Of a stretch of DNA of 64,000 nt, positions 11,888 to 25,860 are shown in pieces. A model generated the notes under the pieces. That model did no database searches. It saw nothing but the letters and a program-made list of their open reading frames with translations, and was not told where the DNA came from. Each line of letters opens with the position of its first letter. Position 1 is the stretch's first letter. The position numbers were made by a program, and so were the translations under genes. This DNA comes from Azolla caroliniana (taxonomy: Eukaryota > Plantae > Polypodiophyta). Location of the stretch: positions 2,046,001 through 2,110,000 of the forward strand of contig JBHGNT010000021.1 of assembly GCA_043228905.1 (NCBI GenBank), in the 5' to 3' direction.

Positions 11888-14800
11888 CCTGTGGGGGACT
11901 TTATGTTCCCAAAATACCCCAAAATGCAAAGAAACATTATAAGTTTCTACAATATATTATATACACCCCCACCCTTGATACATTTGCTTGTACAAACCAT
12001 TATGATTGAATGCTTGTCTTCCAAGAATCCTTGTAAATATTCTTCCTCTTCTTCTGTTTTAAAGAGGTACGCCTTGGTATTATAAAATCACAAGAAATAC
12101 AAAAGTTGTGTTGGATAAAGGAGAATACCAACCGACTCCATTGTGCTCACATCATATCTGATTTGATGTGTATATACAAGAACTACACATATTTGTACAC
12201 CATATCTCCAAGATTTGTATGGTCCACTCCTCCAAAATTGTAATTGAGCATGCAATGTAACATATACCACCAAAATTTGTAACAACAGAGTGTCCATAAA
12301 CAATGTTAGTAGACATTATTTCCCAAAATGACGAGAATAGTATACATCCATATTATGTGATCTCCATCTTCCCTAAAAATGAGCATAGAGTCCCGTAATA
12401 TTTAAAAATGCATTTGCTTCTTAAAAATGACATTAACATTGCTTGTAAAACTTTCATACTGACCACGTAATGTATGAACAAGTAACAACCAGAATTCAAC
12501 AATTATAACAAAAACATCTTGAGTGGCATTGTCAAATACTGATGTGCATCGCGCCTTCAAAATTACCCACATCAAGATAGATAAAATTGTCTTCCAAATA
12601 ATATCATCCCTAAATCATAAACTATCACTTATAAAAGGTTGAACCATTTGTATATGAGGAGGAACTATAATATTCTTCCTCTAATCCATAATATAATATA
12701 TTTTTATTCTTACTCTCTTTTAAAAGTCAACAATAGCTCACATCAAGCCTAAACCGAGTCTTTAAACCAATTTTAAACGTTTTGGCGGTTTGGCAAGGCT
12801 AAACGCAAATCGAATATGTTCGGATCATCGATTCCTACTCCCTCTCATCCCTCATAATAATAATAAAGTTACTCATAATCTCTATTTAATAATTATAGTT
12901 TAATATAGAAAGTTACCTTGATCTTTTTACGTAATAGGATTTTCTAAAAGTGTGTATATTGGTTGAAAGTTAATATGCTAATACATATGTTAATGATTAA
13001 TTATATTAATTTATCATAATAATAACTATATAAATTATAAGGGCAACGAGATGATTACACAAAGGTATGGTTTTAATGGGGAGAAGAAGTAACTGTGAAA
13101 ATATGATAATGTGTAGAGAGGAAGTTGTGAAGAGATGATGATCGAGTGAACCAATCACCCCATCCTTAAATAACTCCTTGATTAGCAAATTAGCAAGGGA
13201 GCACCCTAAATCTCCTTTTCAGTGTACAAACAAACCAATCCTCTATCAACCAATGTGAAAACAATCTTCCTAGATTCACACTCATACTTGTAACTAGATA
13301 TTCTTGAATGTAATATTCTCTAGCTTGTGTTAATCATTGTAACTGTGGGAACTACAATCGTGAGAACATACTTTGAGTTCATTATTTCATGATCACGATT
13401 TCAATTGGGATCTTCCTTCGACTTTAGGTTGCGTTGTTGGGGACGAGTGCTTAGGGATTTTTGTATTTGTACTTGTTGCTAAATCACTTGATGACGTAAC
13501 GTCTAAGGACAAATCATCCATATATAAACAAATTGTCTCAAGTAGCAACCAAAAACATATCGGATTGTCTATAATAGATGTTTTTTGACCTTGGTAAATT
13601 TTTATTTATAATAATAAAGAATAAATAGATAGATAAATAACTTGTTATTAATGAATAAAATTATGAGTTAGAATAGATAATAATAATAATAATAATTTAT
13701 TAATATAAATAAATAAAGTAATTACTACTAAATAAAACAATTAAATAGATAAAAATTAATAAAAATAATAAAAATAAATTACAAACAAATAAATAGATAA
13801 ATATCCTAATGGAACATTACCTCAACAAACCCTATTAGCAAGCCATGTTTTGCGTGATAGACTTGCAATGGAATTGACTTTGACAAGAAACCTCTTTGAG
13901 TTTTGTATCATGGAAACTAATAGTGATCCATAGGGCCACACTTCCACAAAGATAAATGTGACACAAAGCTGACCTTAATAGGATATATATTCCTAGTTCA
14001 AAACCCTTGTTGTTCGGCCTCACTTACATACATACATTTTTTGGCGACCTCCAACCCTCCCTCCAATGACAAATCGTCTCTAACTAGGAGGCAATCATAT
14101 GAACATCCCATATTATGTGGCTCAAGAGATGTGGATGTCTATAACCTCCTCAAGGATGTCTTTGAAAAGCCACCTTCAACAAGGTCTTCCTTTGATGAGA
14201 AATCATCTCCTAGTGTGAGATATAATCATGCGAGCTTCCCATATTACACGAGTTACTACATCACTATGACCAACGCTAATTATCTTCTTTATGTTCCCAA
14301 AGTGCCATCATTGTCCCCATAACATTGAGATTATTTTTAGCCTTAGTTGTCACTTGTACATTTAGTGGCAGGACTTTGATCCTCCTCTGTCACAATCACC
14401 TATGCATGTTTTGTTGCATCAAAGCCACACAATGTGCATACATACCCTCGTTGAGTACCCGAAATTACGAATTTTGGTTGTGAAGTAATCACATGTCCCA
14501 AACACTTAGTTTAAAAGGTTAGGACAAGTTAGACAAAACCTTCATATTATAAATTATGATGTGGTAATCGGAGGATGGTTGCTTGGGGCAATATTATGTA
14601 ACATGTTTAAAAATTAAAACAATAGGTGTTAACGCTTGCAGATGAACTTTAAGTCGAGTACATTTGAAAGAAAGAAAAATATCAAGATTGACCTATCATC
14701 TTTGAAACAAGTGTTCATATTGTAAGGTTTTGATGAGTGTAATGTATATTAGTAGATACAGAAAATGACATTTCCCTTGGTCCAAAGGTATATGATTTAT

Positions 14801-15899
14801 AGTTACGTCCTGACTCCTCATAACAATTTCATGTTGACATTGAAACTATTCCTAATCATTTGATGTCTCCATCCACAACCGTCTTTACAATGATAGTTAT
14901 GTCTACACATTTTCTCACACCTATATAGGTGACTAGGTCATGATTTGGTGTGAAAAGAGTTTAAAATTAATTGATATTCTCATTATAAAAATGGGGGGAA
15001 ATCTCCAAGATTGTCCAAGCCAAAATGACTAATGAGGAAAAAGGAGAAAGGAAGGGTGTTGGGCAATGTAAATTTGGTAAGTATGTTTTGATGGGTATGT
15101 TCTAGTAAATAAAAGTTTGGAGATTGGTTGTCGATGCAATGTAGGCCCGGCAATTTGGAGAAATACTATTCCTAATGTATAATGTTAGACTTTAGTGTTG
15201 TTGTTGCTACAACAATGACAACTACTACAACTTATATACACATGAAAGAAAAGCATAGAGAGAATATAGGGATTGTTGTTGTCGTGATATTATATAGATT
15301 GATGCGAGCAAGACGAAGAAGAAGCGAGGGATCTTGGAGGCGGCTTACGTAGTGGATCGTGGTGGGATTTCAGAGGCTTCGTTTTGTAGAGAACATTCGC
15401 GAGAGTTGGTGCATTTTTTTCATGTTTCACACAACGATACAAGTAGTTCAGTTTCTGAGGTATATTAAAGGGGACCGAGGAGAGGAAGGATTATGCCATT
15501 GCAGGGGAGGATGCTTCTGCTTGCATTTATCTGTGCCATCTTTGTTGTCGGAAAACGTTGTCTCACATGAACACCGAACTGGACAGACAAATGGATGGGC
15601 GGACAGATGGAGGGATGATATGGCCAGCCCCCCCTAGTATGTACATGATGGTCACGGTACAAACTACAGGACGAAGACGACGAAACATTGGGTGGGGTTC
15701 ATATGATGATGGATGACCCAAGACATATATGTGGATGCCTAATCAACCGTTTTCTCTAATTGTGTGTGTGATCTTCCCCCCCCCCCCTCCCCATCTCTCT
15801 CTAAGAAAATAGCCCAAAAAAAAAAAAAACAAAAAACAAAAGATTATGAGAACCAAAACGAACCCTTCTTTCCTCCCTCCTCTTCTTCTTGATGTGTAT

Positions 15900-15901
15900 C
15901 A

Positions 15902-15941
<40 letters not shown>

Positions 15942-16660
15942 GTATGTATGTATGTATGTATGCATGCATGCATGCATGCATGTGCTCCACTCCTCTTTCT
16001 CCTTGCTTTTAAGAGCACGCCCATCCATCCATTTATACATTTTTCCAAATTTATACACATTCCCCTCACAGAAACTAACTCTAACTTCCACACACACACA
16101 AACACACATACATACATAACATACATTCATAGCATACATAAAATACATAGCATACATACATAACATACATATACATAAAATACATAACATACATACATAC
16201 ATACATGACATTTTTACATACATACATATATATATATTCCCAACCTTTTAAAACTCCTCCATTCCATTCTCCCTCCTCCTTCTGTTTCTGTTTCTGTTTC
16301 TTCTTCTTCTTCTTCTTCTTCTTCTTCTTCTGAATGACTGTCTGTCTGCATGTGCAATGATTAATTAAGTTATAAACCATTAATGTGGTAGACACCACTA
16401 ACTACTTCTACTACTTCCCTGCACTTCCCTGCAGCAGCAGCAGCCTGTCATCAACAACCCCAAACCGAAATAACTAAAACCCTAATCATTCCTACTTAGT
16501 CTCAACAAGACCTACACACACACACACACACACACACACACCCCAAAGAGACAGAACAGACAGAGAGGAGCTCATAGCTATGGCGACCTCACCTTCTCCT
16601 GCTTCTTTCATATGATTGCACTCACGAACCAGTCATTCATTCATTCATTCATTCATTCAT
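15900..16660. repeat. Microsatellite cluster upstream of the CC-like gene: (CT)n, (TATG)n, (CATG)n, (CATA)n, (CTT)n, (CA)n, (CATT)n
   Basis: Seen directly. Includes a telo-box AAACCCTAA near 16477. Confidence 0.85.
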
Positions 16661-16760
16661 ATACATACAACGCGCGCTCACAATCTCTGATCCATCCATC
16701 CATACTTCCCTCTGACAAACACTCATCTGAACAGCAATCCGTTTCCTGCATATCCCCATC

Positions 16761-19700
16761 ATGTTGAACATTGGCGCCATAGCCGCCGCCTCCTCCTCCT
16801 CCTCCACGCCGCCGCCGCCAAATCAGGCGGCGGCAGCCGATCAATCGCAGGTATACCCCACCACGGCCTCCTCGATCTTCTACGCCCAATCCCCACGGGA
16901 CAGCTCCGCCTCCACAGCAACGCCTGAACACCCAATCTACAGTAGTAGCAGTAACGATCCGATCGGCGACCTCATCATCACCGCCAACAGCAACAGTAAC
17001 TGCAACTGCCATGGCCTCGGCACTCAGCGCCGCCACTCCTCGATCAACCATGCTCACAATCTCAATCCTGCCAATCCTTCTCCGCTCTCCAGTGCCCCCT
17101 CCTCCCCTCTCTTCAACCTCCTCTACCACAATGCTGTCGGTGAGCCTCTCCACAATCTCTCTGCCACTCATCCTACCTATCCTTTCCTGACTCATCCCAA
17201 CTCCTCAACCCACACTAGAGGCAATGCCATCGATTCTCGCCCATCAAATTACATCAAGATTGACCTTCCTCCCTCTCCCGACCCCAGCCTTGCTTCCTCA
17301 GGTAAAATTACGCAATCAAAGAAACTGTTCCTTTCAATTTCAATTTCGGTTTCGGTTTCAGATTCAATTACGCGTGACATGTGTGTGGTTATGTAAGTCA
17401 TCAAACCGATTTGAATCATTTCTAATAAAAATCCGCTTATAAACAGGCATTTTTAATAAAGAATAGATCTGTTGTATAATATTTATAAGTGCTAAATTAT
17501 TTCTCTTCATTTTCCAGAGATGACATACGATACGATACTTAGCTGCATTCGCTGTTCCATTGATTTCTTCATGCATTCAAAAATTTCTCTGTTTTGAATA
17601 GGTTGATATATATGAAGTGATACGGAATTATGAAATTGTAAAAACATGCATATGCGTGGATGGATGGATGATATTTTCTGTGAAATCATTCATTATTCAT
17701 TGATATTAATGCACAATTCCAGCAATTATCGTTCTTGCCAAATCATCGTGTCTTTTAGCACAGAAATGAAAACGCGTAATACAATAACCAAGATTTAGCT
17801 CCGAATGAGAAACTTTGGCAACAAATCCGATGAAATTCATGAATCGCCGCTTACAATCAAATTCATAAACCTTTAGCAGCAAATCTAATGAATTGACATG
17901 CAGCGCAAAGCGAAAAAAAAGGGGTAAGCAAAGGTCTTAATGTGCCAGGTTGATTTTTATGAATGAATGCAGGGATGATGAGCAATAGCAGTAATCGTAG
18001 TCAGAAGATACTAGGTGCATATAATAATTATTGTAACAGCAAGTGGGAGAGTGTGGACGAGGAGGATGAAGAGGATTGCGATCACCATCGCCATGGCTTA
18101 TTGTTCAATCATTCTTCTTCTTCTTCTTCATCATCGTACAATCAGAATAATGGTTGCGGTGATAGTAAGAATAACAGCAATAATCGCAGGATTACTCGCA
18201 ATATTCTCTTCTTCTGGTGCAGGTAAATTGTTTTTTCTCGCAACCATTTCTATACCGAGTCATCAACTCACCTGTTAATGAAAGGGCCAAGCATAGAAGT
18301 TCAGGGTTCAGGGTTTAGGGCCAATACATGAGGATTAGAATTTAGGGTTAAGGACCAATACATGAGATTTTAGGGTTTAGGGTTTGGAGCGAATGCTATA
18401 CATAGTCTAGGGTGGAGGGTGGAGGGCCAAAATGTAAAATTCAGGATTAGAGCCAGACATAAAATTTTAGATGTAGACTTTAGGGACAGAAATGGAATTT
18501 GGTCATTTTCTTGATGACAATTGTTTTTCAAAATCTTGTTTGAAAGCTTCTTAAAAGACATTTCGGATTAGGGCCAACCATGAAATTTTGGATATAGAGT
18601 TAAGGGACAAAAATGGAATTTGGTTTTATTTTCTTCATCACAATTGTTTTTCAAAATCTCTTATGAAAGCTTCTAAAGATACATTTAAGAGCCAAATATC
18701 AAAACTACACACTCACACATTTGTGTCTGAAGTAATGCTGAACTGTGTTTTTTGTTTTCTTATTTATGATAATAGGGTGTACACTATCGCAGCGATAAGC
18801 ATGCTTCTCTTCGTGTTCTTAGTATTGTGGCTCGCGTGCACACCACATGGATCGATTGTTACAGTCGAGGTCGGTCTCTCTCTCTCTCTCAACACTTACT
18901 TCCAATGCCACCATGATAGTATGTTAAACTTAAGCAATTTGTCATGGGCAATGGGCATCAACACCTCCCGTAAAGTCCATACAATCACCTTGTGAAGCGC
19001 CCACATTCATGTAGTTGACACACTTACCTAGGTTCCATAATGATAAAAATCTAGGGGTACCTTCTCCTTGTGTTTACTATCCTAGATACGACGGCATTGG
19101 TCTCATCAACACCGACACATTTAAGGTAGTTCGTATTTATTCATGAAAATATGGTATTCGACGTGCTCAACTAGTGATGGATTGATTTGTACTCATATGC
19201 GACATGTTTCATGTTAATGTATAAAGACCCATCAATGTGGATATTCCATTGCCCACTAACAAATTGTTGTCTTCTTTCCATTATTTCATACAGGACATTG
19301 AATTTCTTGAATTTACATTGGTTCATGGAAGTGATCGATCACAAGTTCCAACTGACATATTATTGGTGCATTCAAATGTGACATTGAGTTTCCATAATCC
19401 TTCAAGTTACTTCCACATTGAATTCTCTCCTACATTGCTGGCCCTTTCATACTCGGGAGTACCAATTGCTCATGGAAAAGTATGCATATTAATTAATTTT
19501 ATATTTTTCTTTGCTTAATGTTTAGATTCATAAAACACAAAAAGAAAAAAGGAGGTAATTAAGTCGATATGGGGTAATAGCATTGAGACACTACCCAACC
19601 TTTGTATAATTACTCACTATGCAATCACTAATCCACAATAGTACCATGTGATCTTTTGCATCACATATTCATGGTTTCCTAGTGGTAAAAATATTACCTA

Positions 19701-20002
19701 TTCAAATGACATTATCTTAACCATACCACTTTTGTTTGCTATAGATACCTCCATTTGAATTGAATCATGGATCAATGCAACCAATGCTAGTGAAAATGGA
19801 ATCCAATGAGGCGCCATTATATGGAGCAGGGATTGGTTTTGAAGCTTTGGGCAATGAAGTGAATGTTCATCTCAAGGTTTCAATAAACATGCAAGTGCAC
19901 ATCCTTCAGAATTTTTTGAGGCGGCAATTTTTACAAGATTTGAGTTGTGCTGTTAAAATCAATCTCACTACCCAAAAAGTGTTTCACTTGACGTGCATCT
20001 AG
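16761..20002 (+). CDS. Companion of Cellulose synthase (CC1)-like protein, 442 aa: disordered N-terminus, one TM helix, LEA_2 domain
   Basis: Exons 16761-17301, 17973-18222, 18776-18869 (TM), 19294-19479, 19745-20002, all GT-AG and in phase (1329 nt). Motifs IFYAQSPRDS, KWESVDEE, GSDRSQVPTD..VTLSFHNP and PLYGAG resemble the At1g45688/CC family as I recall it. Confidence 0.85.
18299..18386 (+). repeat. Degenerate telomere-like TTTAGGG/TTCAGGG cluster in CC-like intron 2
   Basis: TTCAGGGTTCAGGGTTTAGGG..TTTAGGG..TTTAGGGTTTAGGGTTT. Confidence 0.6.
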
Positions 20003-21099
20003 ACTTACCACAATGTATTAATGATTTGATCTATATGAACTTGCACATAAGTTTTCTCATTATTTTGTCCTTATCTTTTGCATCATCTCAAAAGGACTTT
20101 TGTTGTTAACAAGTTTCTTCACACATCTGAAACTCATACTTTTGCTATCGAAGGTTAGAGAAATAGACTATATGACTGTTTCGATTCATCAATCAAGAAA
20201 CACTTAGTATACGTATATATAGCAAATGACTGTTGTCCAACTAGTATATATACCTAGTTGGACAACTTTATGAAACAAATTCAATCAATTTCTCCAAATC
20301 TTGGGCCTAATTTGCATTCAACAATCCAACCTCAAGCATGCAATTGAAATCCTCTTTCACATGCATCCGAGCTGGAAGTTTTGAAGCACGTCAATCATTC
20401 AAAATGATTAAAACATTCTATATTTAAGGCTATATTATAATCAATCAAATGTTCAGAGTACGAAAAAAACTTCAGAAAACAAAGGAAAGGTCATTATTGA
20501 ATGCACACCTCATGTGGAGGGTGGATAATCATCCCTTCAAAGCATGGAAGCACAACCAGACAGCAAGCAACTGCAATCCTAACATTTGACACATCAAAAC
20601 AAGAAAGCAGGATTGACAAGGCTTTATGCCCACCATCTTGATAACCAGAATAGAGCTCGGCATTGAACGTAGAGCAAAAATGACCTACAAATTTTATATA
20701 ACCTAGAAATGTAGAGTGAAGATGAATCATGAAAGCTGAAAAACATGAGCCAATATCGTCTACGCTAGGTAAGGAAAAGTTTGGGGGGCTGTAACTAGAC
20801 ATCTACACAGGTATTATAATATATATATATATATATATATTAATAAAACATTGTAAAAAACCAGATAAATAGAGATCATGTGATACATTGACCTACAACT
20901 GTAGAAACATCATAAACCTTTATAATAACAAAATAGTTTATCTCTGGGATTACAAATTAACTGCAAATGAGTCAATAAAGGGTGTCCAACGAAGCTCATC
21001 CTCACTATATTTCATTGGCTTCTCTGAACAATTCCTTCATATCATTGCCCATCAACCTCTATCAAGTGCACTTTCTCTGCAATTGCATATCATATGCAT

Positions 21100-23015
21100 T
21101 TACTGAATTGTATGAAGTCCAAGCTCATTCCACTTGTCTTGAGAAATCAATGGTTGTTCGACATCTAATAATAGAAAAACAAAGAGACAGAAAAGAGTTG
21201 GCACACATAAACTTTGCATGAACTTACTATTGTCTGATAGTTTTTGCCTCATTATTTTCTATTTGGTGTAGAGTAAAATGACTTTTTATTCGCTTCTATC
21301 GATTTACTTTCATATTCAAACACCCCTTGCCCAAACATAGTTCCATCCATGCAAACCCATCTCAAAACAGTTCAAACTATTTCATCATTTTCCATTTCCG
21401 TTTCTCTACCAGCCTAAATGACTTTTGCGCTTCCTTTCAGTTCAAGAAATCTCACACCCCAGCAATTTCATTATTGATAAGTTATAGATGACAATATAGC
21501 CAGCAGTGTAAGACTTGATACAGTCTAAGAAAAGCCCAACCCATACGAATACAGCCACCAGTTTAAGTTTGGGCAACTATAACCACCATTAGAGTTTGAG
21601 CAATGTAAAAACAAGAGTAAATCAGCTATGAGACCTGCAAATTTTAGCACACCAAGAATTTACTGTCATTTGTTTTGAAAGTGAATTTCGATTTCCACAT
21701 CAAAAGATAATTCGTTTAAGGTTAAGTCCTGCTAATGCTACCCAGTGTCACCTCCTCATAGAATAGCTTAGTGTACTCACTTTACCAGCCATTTATAATT
21801 TAGCCTAAAGTGACTTTATAAGGCTAACATTATGAGTGGATGGATGCATATACCTCCACACCAATTGAAACCCAATGTTAACTTGACCAACCACATGCTG
21901 GTCTTGGGGCCTACCAGCTTTACCTTCTCTGGTCTAAGACCATTGGCTTTCATCTGTTATACACTAGCTATGCAATTCATCTCATCCAAATTCAAGAGTT
22001 GAATGAGATAAACTAAACTAAAATAAATCATCAAATAATGCTGACAAAATTTCGTTGTAAACAAAAGTTTCATAAAATATTTAAACAGTTTTCCTCAAAT
22101 TGCATGTCTCTTCAGGATATTGCCCACAAGACGTATAAGATTGTATCTTCAGCACATCCTCATGACCGTTTCACACATTTTATTGCAAATCTGACTAACA
22201 AAAGAAAGTTTCAACTGCTTTCAATATGGCATCAGTTCCACATGCCAGTCATAATGGCTTTCAATCAAAACTTTAGGCATAATCGCTATTTGATTATTTT
22301 TAGGGCATTGCAAGAAAACCATTTCTAGGTTTATAATACCATGATGTTGTCCTTCACTTCATTTATTCTACTGATCATATATATTCTTGTACAATCTTCA
22401 TCCGTAGCTTATAAATTTCCAACCAACTTCCTTCACGCTATGTTGCAACATCACATATTCCAAAATTTCCACCCTTATCTGAACCAAACCAGTGTTATGG
22501 TCTCCATATGTAACTCACATACATGTTTGTACTATTTACCCAGTAGGTAAAGGACATACAATGAAGTAAAACTGAGAGATTGAATTCGTTTTATTATCTT
22601 CAAATGGTGCTGCGTTTTCATCACCTCAACATTCTGGCTGATAATACCTTGATGTTTCCTACTCTATTTGTGGAGGGTAAGGCTATTAAATGCCTGTTGG
22701 TATTAGTCATTTATCAACCCAGTGTTCAATTAAAGTGTCCACATTGACTCCGGACGGCACTAAATTTGAGCAATCATACTTAAAGCACTGGATATATATT
22801 GAACTCTGTATATACTGCAACAAACTTGATATATATAGTCCAATGAAACGAATGGTGAAACACATCAGGCATGTTTCGATACAAAAAAATTCAATTCAAT
22901 TATATACTCAGCATTATAATTTGTGGTTGGATTAGAAAACTCTTACTGTTCATTTCTTCTGTCTCGTCAACGGCTGGCGCACTAACACCAACAGGAAATG
23001 GCACATCTGGAAAAT

Positions 23016-23070
<55 letters not shown>

Positions 23071-23426
23071 AAAACACACAATTATATTAATAAATGTGTG
23101 TGAAAAACATTATGATGGTACCACAATTCATTACTACAAGGCTAGTAGGACATGTTGAATCGCCAATATGCAACAAAAACACTCGACCAAGGAAAATAAT
23201 TTCCATCTCTGATTCCAGGCTGACTTGTGTGTGTGTGTGTGTGTGTGAAACGCAATAGAATATGACACTTTGCATGTTTCTTTACCATAATGTTTCTTCT
23301 TGTTGTAAAATGAGAAACAATGGAACCTCTCTCAAAAGATAATTTACCATCATCTGGGAGAGTTTCACGCATCCATTCTTCATCCACAATATCAATCAGG
23401 ATTCCCATACTCACTATATCTGCCAT
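21100..23426 (-). CDS. APC13: Anaphase-promoting complex subunit 13, 67 aa
   Basis: Exons 23426-23348, 23006-22947, 21164-21100 give MADIVSMGILIDIVDEEWMRETLPDDDVPFPVGVSAPAVDETEEMNNVEQPLISQDKWNELGLHTIQ*. This has the LIDIVDEEWMRxTLPDDD and C-terminal WxxLxL signatures of plant APC13. Likely 5'UTR exons near 24160-24215 and 24510-24600. Confidence 0.92.
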
Positions 23427-24688
23427 CTCCTATATTATTGTCAAAACCATGTACCAAGGTAATCAATGCAATATGTGATACAAAATTCAAATGTTTAAGT
23501 GATACAAATAGTGTATTCAATTCTTTGATTAGAGTTCCATTCTCTTGTATTTTGAAAACAAATGTTAGATTTTTGCAAATTACGTATCAAAACGATACAT
23601 GAGCATATGAGCTCAAAAGTATTCATTCCTTTTAGAAGGTTTTAAATGCGTTTAGAAATCCTATTCTTGTACTCATACATGCATGGTACAATGGCATAAT
23701 GATTCTCGTTTGAATATTTAAGAGTTGAAAATATATAAAAAGTCTTCGAAAAACTTTTAGAATTTTGACTGATCAGTTTAATGGTGCAAGAGTTTTAGGA
23801 AATGGGATTTGCGTTAATATAATTTGAGACAATAATTCCCAAAATGGAGATTTTTAACAAATTTTAGCCCTTCTTTACAGCTCAGAGTTTTTAAATAAAT
23901 GCACAAAAAGATTAAGGGCTTCATTGTAAATTTTGCCAAAAACAAAACCAAATCTGTTACAGCAAGTTGCAAACCCTTAGCCAATATTTTATGCTTATTC
24001 CTTACGGTTCTTTGATCTTTTTTACCCTTGTTAGAAGCTTTTTCAAGTTATTTTAAAACAAGCAAAGGGAAAAGCATTCAATAACAAGGAGCAAAAGCAT
24101 TGAACAAGAAGAAAAGTACAAATACATAGACCAACAGGAAAGAGCAAAAATCTCATACCTCTGAATACAAATTTTGATGAGGAAAGGCTCTGATGTCGTT
24201 CAAATAGGTGAACCTTGTCTGCACCCTGACTGAGATTCTCTTTTCTCCAAAATAAAAAGAATCATAGGACCGAAATACCTCTTTAGAGATGTAAACAATA
24301 AAAACTAATCCACATTAGTCCAAAAGAGGCATACATCTTCACTTCGAATTTTATTTTATTTTGTTTAGTGTGGTTCTCGACAAATATCATAGAAATCAAT
24401 CAAGCTAAGGCAGGAGATATTGTTCGAAGAATCAATGGATTTTACTCAAAAACTGGTTTACCGTGTATGATTAAACAGAACATAATTGCAGAAATACATG
24501 GATTTGCTTACGTAGAAAACAGCTTCAAAATTCCGGTCCAAACAAAACGATTAGATACTGACCCAACCAACATAAACACCAACAGCAGGAAATAAGAAAC
24601 CGCTAAAGGTTAGGGCTTCTTGTTTAAATAGACGCGCGGTAGTAATCAAACTCCCTAAAGTTTTTGTCTATTTGGCCAAGCTCCTCCA

Positions 24689-25016
24689 TTAATTACTGGT
24701 TTTTTTGAGACTGATATGTGGTATAATATAAGGGTACTACTTAAGGGTAATATAATACCATTGATGTGGGCGAAACATACTATTGGTCGTCTCGTAAAAA
24801 ATGTGTGCGGGTTTGAATGGACAAGTCCTCGTAAGTGTGAACACACTCCAGAAACGCATAATTACTGGTTTTTTGAGACTAATATGTGTATATTGTAGGG
24901 TACTGCTTAAGGGTACAATACCCATGACGTGGGCGAAATATACCATTGGTCGTCCGGTAAAAATTGGGTGTGGGTTTGAATGGACAAGTTCTTGTAGGTG
25001 TGAACACGCTCCAGAA
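24689..25016. repeat. ~165-bp tandem duplication upstream of APC13, each copy with an E2F-like motif
   Basis: AATTACTGGTTTTTTGAGACT..GTGTGAACAC.CTCCAGAAA occurs twice. GGGCGAAA (reverse complement TTTCGCCC) at 24768 and 24931. Confidence 0.8.
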
Positions 25017-25238
25017 AGGCGAGACGTACAATCTTCTGAGCAAAAAGAGCGCAAACCGCATTCGCGAAGTTTTTTCGAGCATCCATCCATGGCCAAAAGC
25101 AAATCATGATTACGAATAAGAAGACAAATCGCAACATGTGTTGTATTGTAACATTGTGGACACACACACACATTGATAATAAATGCAAGGAAAATATTGG
25201 TAATACATTATTGGCAAACTAGGATCCATAATCAATCA

Positions 25239-25860
25239 TGTTAGAAAGAGCGTAAAATTGTGCATAGACAAATCATTTCCAAACAATTAGTGCCAATCAT
25301 ACCCACTAGGTATACTGGGATTGACGTGGTTCAGACCTAACCCTAAATGCTAACTACATACACCGGTCAACAAAAAATTTATCTCATTGATAGTTACCAC
25401 AAAAAAGTATTGAAATATATTACAATAGAACTAACGATGAGCAAAATATTAAAACTCAAGAGACTAAGGAAAATAAAGGATTAAAGGTGCTTAACTACAT
25501 CAATAGCCAACCCCCTAGCGAATGACACGAGACAAAGTATAGAATATCATTAATGTCCCATACCACCGAATCTTACCTTATGTTGTGCATTGGTAGTTGC
25601 ATAACATATCCGAAGAAAACAACTTAGCCTCACCAATAGAGTATTGACAATGTCTTAAGATGTTGTCACAAAGCGGGTAGTTAATCCCCTTTATAAAGTC
25701 CAACAACTAAGGAAGGCTCCGATCTGTCAAGTCCATATGGGTTTGTCCCAAGTCATAGGATAAGTGGTTTCCCACTTATTATCTTGCTCTTTAAACTATT
25801 AACAATAGCTTTACAATTGGTCCTTAAGGTCATCGTCGCCGTAGTATAACTATCCCCCAA
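25239..25860 (-). mobile_element. Possible degenerate LTR remnant
   Basis: TGTTAG start, TGACGTGGTTC and CCCTTTATAAA motifs typical of reversed copia LTRs, and TCCCCC (reversed PPT) at ~25853. No TSD verified. Confidence 0.3.

Noticed and set aside
12988-13368. Possible solo LTR (TGTTA..AACA)
   Set aside because: No TSD or homologous copy in the window.
15300-15720. GC-richer segment as a possible miRNA precursor or small gene
   Set aside because: I recognised no conserved miRNA, clear hairpin or protein motif.
15801-16398. Several ORFs rich in MYVC/HTYI/ERER
   Set aside because: Translations of microsatellites.
16653-17195. Antisense 180-aa ORF (and the similar 27331-28041 ORF)
   Set aside because: Shadows of GC-rich coding exons on the opposite strand.
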